64,000 bases of DNA from Phoronis australis (Eukaryota > Animalia > Phoronida), in contig NMRA01000131.1 of the NCBI GenBank assembly GCA_002633005.1, forward strand, positions 621,808-685,807, in the 5' to 3' direction. The position numbers and the translations under genes were made by a program. How positions within the stretch are numbered: the stretch's first letter is position 1; every line of letters begins with the position of its first letter. Below the pieces are notes generated by a model, which saw only the letters and a list, made by a program, of their open reading frames with translations, was not told the origin of the DNA and did not search any database. Positions 1 to 12,200 of this stretch are shown here, in pieces.

Positions 1-50
1 ACAATTCAACAATGTGGTGTGGCATATGACGTCGTAAAGCAAGCCTGACA

Positions 51-3000
51 ATGGACTTAACCATGGAGTCAGAAGAGTCGGATTGTGATGATGTAAAATG
101 CCCAGGCTGCAAGTGGGAACTGTACTATCGCACCATGGCCAGTCATGGTAGTGGAGATCACCTTCGCTTGATTGGTGAAAACAGTAGTCATGTGATCTTT
201 GATACTGAAAAAACTGTAGATTGCCCAGCATGCAACTGGGAGTTGCTAATGCATGCAGTTGAGGTGATTATGAGTTGTTTGAGTGTGAACTACTGTACTA
301 GGACACTGTTGCTGGGATTCACATCTCCTTCCTAATCATTTCAAGTTTTAATTATTCGTCATTACTATTGTTGAAGGGTTGGAAAATTAACATGCTTTGC
401 TCATGCAATATAGTGGAGTTTGCTTTCTTGAGCTTCGGAACATATGAGAAAAAACATAGCAGTATCCGTCTGTGCCATTTTACTTGAACTTATTTGTTAT
501 GCAACTTTTCTCATTGCAATCTGCATAGAAATTCTCTGTAACATTATTTTACAATGTTTTCATGAGAGAAAGGTGTATCGAAAATGAAAAGTTGAAGTCA
601 AAGCTGCACCTTTACAAACCCACAGCTAACCATGCATTGGTTTGACCTGATAGCAGTCCACTTCTAAGAGCTGCAGTTCCTGCAGAGCTAATTGATCATG
701 CTTGCTTTGGGGCCATCATACATATTAAGGCTTGACATTTAATCTTTTTACTCCAAATGGAACTGAAAAAATTTGTAATTTTCCATTTTGCTTGAATACG
801 AACTCAAATTGTCTTATTGTGTGCTCGAGTATATTACAGTTTACATAGTTGATTGTGTAATCTTGTTTTGCACTTGATGACCCCTGTATTAAGCTCTATG
901 TGGAGCCTGATCTCTAAATCTCAAGTTTGTAGCTAGAATATTGGGGTCATCAGGTATGAACGTAAACTAGACACTTACCTGTGTAAAACATAATATACTT
1001 GAGCATGGAATAATGGACAATTATCTTGAATTTGTAATAAAGTAAATTAGAAATTTCAAAAATATTATCAAGTTCGATTTCAAGTAAAAAGATTAGGTGC
1101 TGGGCCCTGATCTTCACACACATTGGTTACAGGCGGGTACAGCGTCATCCAATGGCTACACAGCTGACGCGTCAAAGGTTGAGGACTCGGATTCAGATCT
1201 TGAGGATTTGCATCATGTGATTTCTGAGACGAACACTGCGATGAAAATAACTGAGACTTCACTGAAACGTCATAGGAAGGATGATCTGGGTCTTGGCATC
1301 TCACTGGATCCATCGATTTACGTAAGATGAGTTACATTAACTACATACTGCTGTTCAGATCATATGGACGTGATAGTAAAATTATTTATGAAGTTTGTTG
1401 TTTATTTTAGAATTTTTTGGCATACATGAAACAGTATATTTTGTTTCCTCTTAATTTACATTCCTTAAAGATGACCCTTAAGACAGGCGTTGTATGGCCA
1501 CGTGATTTCAACAGAAGTTTACAATAAGAGTTTAGAAAATTTACTTAACAGTAACATTAATGATATTAATTATTAAGTAGTTTTTCATGTTTTAAGGAGT
1601 GAATATTATGGGCATGGCGTCCTGTGTAAAAGTTCTTTTGTAAAGTTGTAGAAATTTGTCAAAATTCACTAGTCTTCATCAAATTTATGGCAAAAAAGAG
1701 ATGAAAATATCACTAAATCATTTGAAATTTTGGTCTGCATGATGAATACTGGTAATTTGTCTCTGACATTACGCATTTTTGTCTGACTTAAAACTTAGTT
1801 TATCAAAAATTAAAGTAAGACTGCATTATTATTGTAGGCGGAGCACGTTGCCACCTGTCAAACTAACATCAAATGTCTGGAGGACATCTGTGAACAGCTG
1901 GAGTCAGAGGCGGGGCTACCCAACCTGTCAGATGTTGACCTGCAGGAGATTGAAGGTGAGGTATCTGCTCACAGGGGGTGCCTCATAATGTTAAGAGCAT
2001 AGTTGAATTACTTTAGTAGCTAAACTGTAATGCCGTGCTCAGCAAACCTCAAACGCAGAAATCCACTTCAAACCAGCTTTAGTCTGCTTGTAGAATTTAC
2101 TAAGCGAACATTTGGATCCCATTTATTTTTATTTTTGTTTTAATTTTCATGCTCGGCTGACAACGTTGTTCGTTGTCAAGTTTGATTTTTGCTCATTTGA
2201 TGTAAAACATGTCTTCTTTTTAGGTGGCATACTAACTGAACACAGGGACAATATTCAAGGTTCTTACAATGCTATGCATTTCTGAATTACTAACACACAT
2301 GCATGAGACTTGTGTTCCTTTGTTAGTTGTATCCATTTTAACCTTTGAATATTCTGATAGATAGGCTGTGCCTAATAACACCCAGTTATATCAAATAGCA
2401 CCTGAGAATCCTGATTCTGGTTGAAGAATGGTTTTGCTTATGAATACTGCATGATTTCCTAATGAGCTTCAAGCAAATGACCATCCAGCATGAGAGTTGT
2501 TCATTATGAAAGCAGTGCTGAACTTTGACTAACATATAGTAATCTGGAGTCAGTGAACAAACTAAAACTATTGTGAACATGATCTTGAACGCAGTAATTG
2601 TCCATTTGGCCTGCCCAGTAAAGTAAAAGGTTCATGGTCACATGGATGAAATATCCAAACAGCAGATTGACAATTGTTTACTTTCAATGAGGTCAGTATG
2701 TTTGTTTTCAGACCCCAAAAATGTGATAATGACCGAGTTGGACAAAAGAACAGTCAATTATATATATGGGAAAGATATCGTGTTTTGGGGTCAACCCTGT
2801 TGTTTGGTTATTTCAATGCGATTGCAATCTGCGTGTCGGCATTTTCAGAATGCATGCACTGAATAGCTGCGCAAATAATGTATATTGAAAGTGAACATTT
2901 TAGCATTCGGAAAAAAAATCATGCAATAGTGTGAGTTTGGTGACATGCTGGTGGTACAGTGGTAAAGTTGAACCTTGTGAAATAACAGAGACCGGGATCG

Positions 3001-6000
3001 AATCTCAGTGAAGTAATTCAAAATTGCAACTTCAAGAAAAAATTCTTCAACAAAATTTGAATCTGCATTACCATAGTAGAGGTCAGTCTTGCAATTTATT
3101 GACTCTGTGATGCTGGTTTATAACTCCATTAACTGTCCAAATTATATATTTCTCAACATTGACTTTTAAATTTTTCTGAATTAATTGTATTGTTCATTAG
3201 ATTTACTGTGTGCATTTTAGAGGTTTATTAACATTCCTTACATTTTGTGACGCTCTTCACGCTTAATAAACTATCAGTTTTCTTGCTGCTAAGTGTGCTT
3301 TTAGCAGTTTTATAAACTGCACAGTAAAGTGTGGTGTGATATAAATTTGTTCACACACTCTAGTTTTAAGACACGAATGACGGTGAATGTGAAAGACAGG
3401 CATCAATTTGTTTTGTTGTCGTATTTTACCAGTAATTGATGCTTCCTGTGACTAGCAGCTCAAGGAAGGAGCTGCTTGAATGACTGATTATGAAGAGTGA
3501 AGTAATCTTATGCTAACAGTATCAATCTTTTATAGTAGAGTTCTAATACGCTGATTGATTGGTTCATTTTTTGTTAAGCAAGATGCTCAGTCAAGAGTTG
3601 TATCCGTCTGTTAGTCTTTAGTCATATTTAGTCTCTTGGTTACCTTGGTTACAGATGAATGTCTAGATTTCGTATTCTCTCCTTTATTTAAGAATCAACT
3701 CAAGATAGTGATCTTTTATTTTCCTGTGCATACACACAACGGTGTGTGATGTCACACTTGTCGTATGTACTTATACTATAGGCAGATCCAGTATGCAGAG
3801 AAGGGATTCCCTGTGACATGGTGGCATTCTGTGATGAAACTTACTCGCTTGAAATTGTGATGTTTTAAGAATTCTGTGGCGTTTAAGAATTCTGTGGCGT
3901 TTTAAGAATTCTGTGACATAACATAAGCCAAGAAAGCTGTTTGTGTCTTGCTGGGTTTGCAGTTATTTCATGCTGCTTCAAGTGGTGGTTCCTTGTTTGA
4001 TGCAAATTGTGAAATTATAGAATTCATCGTTATCATTGATGAATACATTTTGTCTGGCATATGTGACAAAAGCAAAGTTGATGTGATTTATACATGCAAT
4101 AAACACCAAAAATGCTGTGACATTTTGAAAAGTTTACGATGTGACATATTGTGATTTGTTATTAAACATGAATCCATTCTTTGAGGACGACAAGTGAGGT
4201 ACTCTCGCAATATTGATCACTTTAAGTGATGATGTCTACCATGACTTTCCTTGTTCTCAAACTTGTTTTCTTCTGTTAACTGTTATTTCTGCAGTGCCTT
4301 GTGCATTCCTTTGCAGTCACCATTAAGAAGTGGACAGTTCTTCATGAGCTGGCTTCACATCGCCAGAAACAGTCACAACAGTTACGGCAAATCTACAAGG
4401 AAATTGTGGAGATACGCAGGTCTCTCAAGGATGTGGAGGAGGAAATCAACGATAACTCGTTTGACGGATTCCTGGACCTCGAGCGATCTATTCAGTATTT
4501 ACAGGTAGGTTCTCTCATATCTTTATTCAGCACCTTGTTTGAACTGCATGACTTACTTAGCTAAATTTGGTCAAGCCTGGTTAAGTTTAGTTCTATGTTT
4601 GTTCAAGGTTGAATTTCCGTACTCCCTAGCTAACCATGGCTTGAAAATGATCACTTATGACTAAAGTAAATCTGAATAATTTGTTAAAAAAGAATAAAAA
4701 AGAATATAAAATCTGCTTGCTGCACTCCAAACTTTGCCTCTAGGCAACCATTGCTGTACAAGCTTTTATAAGATTGCTGGCCAATAATATATATGATGCT
4801 TTCTTTAGCCTATTAATATTGAGACGAGCCTTTTGAGGAGTGGTTTACACAAACTAATACGCAATGGCCTTATTCAGAATTCAACTCTCCTATGTTGCAG
4901 AGGTAGAAAAACACATTGTTTAATTGACGTAGTTTTCTAAAAGTTGGGCTGCTGACATACGTCTAAGTTTAGTCAGACAGTTGAACAGTGCCACTTACTG
5001 TGCAGCAACTTTTACGATGATTAGAGAATATTGCACTAATTTTGTTGTAAAGTATTGGTCACCATGGTAGCAGTTAGACAAGTATTCAACCAATGGGCAG
5101 CATTGTGGGTGAATACCGTAGGATCTGGTGGCACTGTGGTATTTTGGGATGTGGTTATTAAGGAAGTACACGAGGAAGATATTTGGATATCAACTCATGG
5201 TCCCCCTATATTGGACCATGTCCCACCACTAGACCATTTGCTCTTTACAGAAAAGCAAGCTACAGTTCACCACCATCAACACCAAATTGACCAGCACCAG
5301 TGAGGAGGTGCATGCATTTGGCCGGGAGAACAGTGACGTCAAGTTGGTCAAAGTGCATGACGAGATACAGACTCTGACCATGCACTGGCAGGTTATCATA
5401 GAAAGGTTAGTTCCACTGAGTTAATCCATTCTTCTTCAACTTCAATCTTTGGATGTATTCTTGTCGTTGCTTTAACTCAAGACTTTGTGAGAAGCGGATT
5501 TCTTTGCAGGTAGCGTCCGTTGGTGGTCATCGTCAAATCTGTTGTGCAGTGTCTGTATGTCTGTCCTCAATAGCTTCAGTAGACACTCCTTATACAGCAG
5601 AACTGACAAGTTATCCAAAATTAATGCAAATATTTGATGAGAGTCTTGAGGTCTCTGTCTTTTTTGAATAGGCAAGTGATGTAGTCCATTTGTGTACAAA
5701 ACATTGTGTATTTAATGCATACGTTCAACTCCAAATAGCAAGTGGATAATTCACTGCACTTCAGTAATTTGAACTGTGTTCACGACATGTATGTGTGTTT
5801 GTTTGTGTTGTGTGTTTGACTGCACACTATTATCATAAGAACCTTAATTTTTTTTTCTACAGAACCAACACTCGTATCAGTGAGCTTCAGCTGGTCCTGA
5901 TATCATGGTACGATTATAGTGAAACCCAGAAGGAACTGACCTACTTGCTGAAGCAGGACCGACGTCAGCTGTGTTTGACCGAGCTGACCCTTGATATTGG

Positions 6001-7400
6001 GGTCATGAGTCAGCAGGATGGAGTAGACATACAGCATGATCTCAGGGTAGGGCTTTAGTTGTCTCTTTTTGGCAAGGAAGTTTTGTTTATATTGACTTTT
6101 GAAAATTGTGTGTTTTTAGGAGAGGTATTAGGTAATTGATTAGTGTTGAGATTGTAGCAGTACTCAGTACCGCAACTCCCTAAAACGTCGACGTTAGTTT
6201 GAAAGGGCCCCTTATTCTGCTCTTACAAGCAGGGGAATTTGTCTTTCCTATCATAGAACTCTAAGCTTAAACACTTTGTTTGCATTGCTAGGTGATGATG
6301 CACGACTTCCAAATTTATGAAAATAAACTGAGGTGCCTGCGTCAGGATGCATCCAACATCTGTGCCGTGATGAACGCCGACACGCAGCAGGAGATCACTG
6401 CAAAACTGGCCGAGTGCGGCAACGAGCTGAATGCTGTCAAGGTCAAAGGTCAACAGTTACTCAATACATTGGACAAGACTGTTACACGACATTCTGGGAC
6501 TGCTGCTGGCAGCTGTGCTGTTGAAGAACCTGTTGACAGAAACATGGCAGGAATTGGAAGTTTGCTTCTAAAAGACGAGGAAATGGTTGTAGGGAAGGAC
6601 TCAGTGGATGGTTTAGTCGAACAAGTTGACCAGAGACACATGCAGTTACTCTCGGGTGTGGAGCTCCGTGACAGCGTGTGCACAAGTGGTGCAGTTGAAG
6701 GATGTGAAGATGGTGTTGCCATGGTGACCTCAAGTACTGTTGTGAAGTAAGTTTGATTAGAACGTGATCTGACAGCTAACTTGAGCCCAACTATGCAACG
6801 GGTCCATACACATTTGCTTGTTTTGTTCTTAAGTATTGCTTTGATTACCATTCTACTGTCTTGCCCTATTCACTTAAGAACTCGGGCTCTCAGAAAGTTT
6901 GATATCTTGTTTGTTCACCTTGAACAGGTCAGAACTCATTTCATGCATTATTGGTGCTCTAAAATTCTTGTAAAATGTTTGTAGTCTTAATTTGTAAGAA
7001 ACAGTATATGAGCTCTTACTGAATTTGTCCCTGCGTGAGATCATGTTCGCTTACTTAGAATATAGTAGCAGTGTTCAGAAGAAGTTCTTAAAAGGTAAAG
7101 TCATTATTCGTACATCCTTACATAGGTACCGATATTCTCCTCATACCCCTTAAGTAAGAAAGTCAGCACTTGTACATTTTCTCGTACTACTTGTAATCTG
7201 CTCGTTTCCTTCTCAGGTCTGGTCATCGTAGAGGACTGTGTCTCCGTGTTTGTTGTATGGCTCTGCCAGTCTACCTTCTGCTCGTCCTCTTAATTGCCTT
7301 CGGACTGTTACTGACACCAGACTGTTGTGAGAGATGGGACACGTATAGTCTAGAGTTCACGCCCCGCCTACGTTATGTGAATGGGGCGCCTCCTGTGTGA
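51..7400 (+). CDS. klar: Klarsicht-like KASH-domain outer nuclear membrane protein (LINC complex), 8 coding exons, ~561 aa
   Basis: Phase-consistent exons 51-263, 1133-1321, 1838-1955, 4317-4504, 5251-5405, 5863-6046, 6292-6746, 7217-7400. The last exon encodes a TM helix (ALPVYLLLVLLIAFGLLL) and the lumenal peptide TPDCCERWDTYSLEFTPRLRYVNGAPPV-stop, a KASH peptide with Cys-23, Pro-11, Tyr-7 and a PPx end; the PxCC...FTPxLRY pattern resembles klarsicht. Middle exons are helical and spectrin-repeat-like. The first exon/start is the least certain part, and longer upstream isoforms are possible. Confidence 0.88.
2948..3012 (+). mobile_element. Degenerate tRNA-derived SINE head or tRNA pseudogene
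   Basis: A-box-like TGGTACAGTGG (2953-2963) and B-box-like GGATCGAATC (2995-3004) at tRNA spacing, but the cloverleaf stems do not pair. Confidence 0.4.
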
Positions 7401-8934
7401 ATGGGCCACCAACAGATCATAGCTGTCAAGAGGAGTCGCGGTGTTTGAAGGGATAGTTATAGAGGTGCTAGTTCTTTTTTGTGAAGTGGGTGGATTTTCA
7501 TGCTTCTAGATCACTTAAACTTTTGAAACATGGAGTGAAACTTATTCAGTGACGAGTGTCAACTCGCACAAAAATTTCCTTCAACATTTTCTTAGTATCC
7601 CCTCTGAAGTCAGGTAAACAGGAAAATCTAGTGGTGTTTTTGCTGGGAGAAATCCTCTGGAGTGTTTTAAAATAGCTTTGCAGGTGCTCTTGTTGCAAGT
7701 AAACCCTGTTCTGCCATGCTTGATTTAAATTACTACATTTGAGACGCTTTAAGTGATCTAGCTGTCATTGGAATCTATTATTCTCTAAATTTGAGTTTAA
7801 GTGCCTTCACTCTGGTGTTTGGATGACATGTGATATGCTTATTGATCGATCTGTAGAAGATATACTGGTCCTAGTGGTCCATAGCGGAGAGGTCGCAGTA
7901 CTATAACTATTTGCTACTGTTTCATTTCAGTGTGTAATTGACAGAAGTGTTTATTGAGTGTTGAGCTGATACAAGTGATGTAACCCTAGTGTTTCCAGTA
8001 GTTGTTTCTCAGTCCAGTTTGAACACATAACTGTTTGTTAAAACTATGAGTGATGCTTGCTGTTTGTTCTGCCCGTCAATTCTCCCTGCTGTCATTTATC
8101 ACCTGGTAAGCGTTGATATTATGATATCTTATGATCTGTATTTTAGACATGTTGAAAAGCGTACTCAGTATATTTTCCATACTTAAGTGTTACACAACTT
8201 TTAATGTACAACCCTCAAAGGCTTGTTAAAGCCTTGTGTACAACATATAGCTTCCCTAGAGCTTTAAAACTGCATAGTGCGGTATAGTCGACCACTCCAT
8301 TCATATGAACCTCAGCTTCTCTCTCCCATTGTCCTCCATTTGTGGTTGCGTTACATCTCAGGAATAATTTATTTACGTTCATTTGTGACTAAAAGAACAA
8401 AGTTTTGTGGTGTCTCGTAAATGTTGATATGCATAAAAATGTCATATATTTCACTGATTAAACTACAACTAGCCAAAACACAGTTTTGTGTGAAGCAGTC
8501 AAAGTATTAGATTCTTCTGTACTGTAACTATAGTTTATTTTCAGAAGCACTATACCAGTGTTGTGTGAGTTGCTTTCATTCAGGTACAGCAGAGAACTCA
8601 GGACATACCGTCCATATCGGTTTCTAAGTTCTTCCTTATATTATGAGGTTTACTATGAATATTATCGTGAAATATTAAATGAAGATGCAAATAATCTTCC
8701 GCTTTTTGTGAATGTCAAAATTATTTCTCTAAACGTGTTTGGTAGCACCTTTGGCTTTCAGTTTTAATGTATGCCCTGTTCTTTAACCAGAAAGCTGTTA
8801 TAATCAAAATTTGCTTTTTGTTGCTGTAAGTTTTTACGAATTTGTTTTGTATCACATTGTGTGTTTTCATTGAATGAAATTTGGAATAACAAAATATTTA
8901 TTTTTTGCAGTTCTTGACACTTGCTGAATGTATG

Positions 8935-8940
8935 AATAAA
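8935..8940 (+). terminator. Probable polyadenylation signal of the KASH gene
   Basis: AATAAA about 1.5 kb after the stop codon, at the end of a U-rich 3'UTR-like stretch; an alternative AATAAA lies at 9034-9039. Confidence 0.45.
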
Positions 8941-9213
8941 CCATAAAATGGATTACTCCTGCTTCTCATTTATTATAGCTACATCTCATCAAGCCAAATA
9001 ATCTTACACCTAAAGTGTTATGTCGTTTTGACTAATAAAAATAACGTTTAATTTCTGCATACAGAGACAATGTCTAGCCAAGAACCAAGCGTATGTATCA
9101 TTTTTATTTTAATCACTTCCATCTGACTGAGCATCAGCCTTTGCCAATACCGACTGGTTGGTTTCCATCATCCTCACGCGGCAACACACTGCACTACGTC
9201 AGTAACCATGTCA

Positions 9214-12200
9214 CTATATACTGAATAGAACTGGACTACCGGGCAATACCTGGCTATCGGGAAATTCATCCAACATATCATTTGCGAAAGGCGCCGTCTC
9301 TGTGCCTTTAGCAGCTGGTTTTTGGTTCACTGTGTAATTCGTGTTTTCGGCAATCGTGTTTTCTACACCGTTGGTGGTGCTGTTTTTAGCACCGGCCACG
9401 GGCGCGATTGAATGTAGTCGTTTTTTTAGGACAACAGTTACTGCAGTGAAAGCAGCCACTACAAGTACCAGGCAAGCGGCTCCAACAGAAACTCCAATCA
9501 CTAATTGTTCATCTCGTCTGTCGGCAGGTGGTACCATGGGGCTGTTGGTCGTAGTCACCGTGGGTGATGGAGTGCTGGAATTGTTTTGTACCATCGTCCA
9601 CGTGGTTTTCTCATTTGCGCCATCTTTAGTGATAGTGGCAGTCCGCATCCATGTACTGTTTTGATATGACATGGTGGCGTTTTGGGAGTCAGTTGACGTA
9701 TTCTTGTTGGAAGGTGTTATATCGTACAAGTTTGAAGTCGAGCTCTTGTCAAACGTGGTGCTGTTGGCTGCATGTGTAGATGTTGTAGACTCGGTGGTCT
9801 CGAGAGAGGACATGGCTGCATAGAAGGAAGTTGCGGATAGCAAGTTAGCAGGCGTAGCATAACTAGATGAAGACGCGCCATCAACTGAAGGCTTGTTGCA
9901 CATTGTTGACAACACTGTTCCAGCATATGTTCCTTCGGTCAAGTCTCTAGTTGTACTTCCTGTTGTTGGCTCAGAAGTCTGTGATGCTTTAGAAGAGGCT
10001 GTGTTCAATAGTGTTGTTTTAGTAGTTAACGGTATTGTTGCAATTGTTCTCTGTGATGACGTCGACATTATAGTTGTGTGATATTCGATTGTGGTCGTTT
10101 CTTCTGTAGTTGTTAGTTCTTGTCCCATTTTTGCCTGTGATGTTGCTAATGTTGTTGTCGCACCATACTGTGTTGTTAGATCTGTTGTTTGGGACGTAGT
10201 ATTGGGAGAAGTTGAACCAGTTGTCATAGCAACTGTTGTTGGAAGAGATATAGTCGACGCAATTGTTGGTGTTGTCGTTGTCGTTATTGTTTCTAACAAT
10301 GCTGTTGTTGCTGCGACTACTGTTGATGGTGATTCTGAAATTATTGCTTTTGGTGTTGTGGTTGAATCTGTTGTCATTGTCCCATTTGACAATGTTTCCG
10401 TTGACATTCCAGACGTATTCATCGAAGTTTCGGGCATTGTTGCTTGTGCTTGTGTTGAGGAAAACAGCATCTCATCGTCTGTTGTCGTGGTCATTGAGGT
10501 TGTCGTGGTCATTGTGGTTGTCGTGGTCATTGTGGTTGTCAGTGCGGTTATTAATGTTGTCGATGCGGTTGCTGATGCTGTTGCTGGCGTCGTCGATATT
10601 GTTGCTGTTGTTGTTGTTGATATCGACGTTGCTGTTGATATCGATGTTATCGATGTAACTGACACGACTGTGTCGTAAAAGCTTGTTGTCACAACAGTCG
10701 ACGTTTCGTCCGATGCAGTGCCCAGAGTTACTGGTCCTTCTGTATACACTATATCCTCGTCCACTCGCCCGTCATTGTCATCGTCTATCCCATTCCCCAA
10801 CTCCTCGTCAACGCGCCCGTCACAGTCGTTGTCTTGTCCGTCGCTAAAAGACGTGTTGGTCGCTACGCAATAGTCTCCAATGTCGGCATACCGTGAGCCC
10901 CCGGGATATCCATACGATTCGAATGTCACCTGAAATGAATTTAGGAAACATAATTAATCGAGTGTGTGATAAAATACAAATACACCAGTAACACCTGGAT
11001 ACATTATTGCTTTTCTACCCAAGTCCCCACTAAAAGATGACAACTTCTTGAACCTTAGCGAATTTCTAGTGGCTAAATTCAGTACCTGTCCGTACATAAA
11101 CGCCCCAAAAGACACAATTGGTGACAGGTGACTAAGCACGTATGACCCATGTGGAACAAAGACTACGTTCGCCAAGTACACCGTGTTCCCAACTCTTGTC
11201 CAATTCTTCTGATAGAAGCTTATATTCTTCCACGAGACGTTCATCTTGTCACTAACATACGAATAGTTTAGGATTGGTTGTCCATCCAGTCTCAGACCGT
11301 CGACGTAGTGTGTTGGAATAACAACATTAATGTAGTTGTTATATGGGAGAGAGACGGCATCCACGGTGGTCAAGGGGTATCTATTGTGGAACTGTTCCAC
11401 AGGAGGTACATACGCCATCATTGGGTCTGTGTTGGAACCATCGAAGTTTCCTGGAAATGTGGTGAAATTTGAAAGGCTTTAGTGGTTTTACTTCGTGTGA
11501 CAGTGTTTCAATGAACTCTGTAGAAGTCGACAGCTACGCTGGCATGACAAAGTCACGTGTTTTCAAGGCATTGACTGCATTGACTGGATTAAGTAGAAGA
11601 TCCATTGATTGTCTTTTGTTGTTACTGTTCCTGTCCGGATCCTACTTCAGATTTACTGCGTAAGTCTTATTGACGGGGATCTGGTTTTTTAATGTTTTAA
11701 AGGACCTCTACTACATCAGCGGTTGCTAAGAAAATACAGCTGTGTCTGGAAACTTTCAGTTTTCGACTCTTCTCTTACCAGTTTTGCAATATTGTACAAG
11801 CAGGATCGCTTTGTCAGATTCAATGTACAAGTAGTCTGTTGACGGCACGTCTAGTTGGAGGAAGTCCCCTGGTGTTAACAACGTATAGGTGGTTGTATTG
11901 GCATACATTGTATGCGTCACCGTAACTGTTGTGTTCGCGGCACTACCTGGCCAACAGAAAAGGTGTGTGAAGATTAGGGATCAGTTGTACAGTCTACAGA
12001 AGACCAAAAGCAATTGCAGATATATCGGACTTGGCTTCCTGTTGCAGTTTGTCCAAATCTTCCCATTTCTTCGCTTTATCTGAAGGGGAAACATGTGAAC
12101 CATACATGCGAAATTATTCTCATTACTGCCAATTAGTTTATTGGCGTTTCGGAGTAAAAATAACTATTTTTATGTAACTTGGTGATCGCACTCGTATGGA

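Noticed and set aside
9341-10678. Val/Leu-rich + strand ORFs (107, 195 and 131 aa)
   Set aside because: Antisense shadows of the Thr-rich mucin exon.
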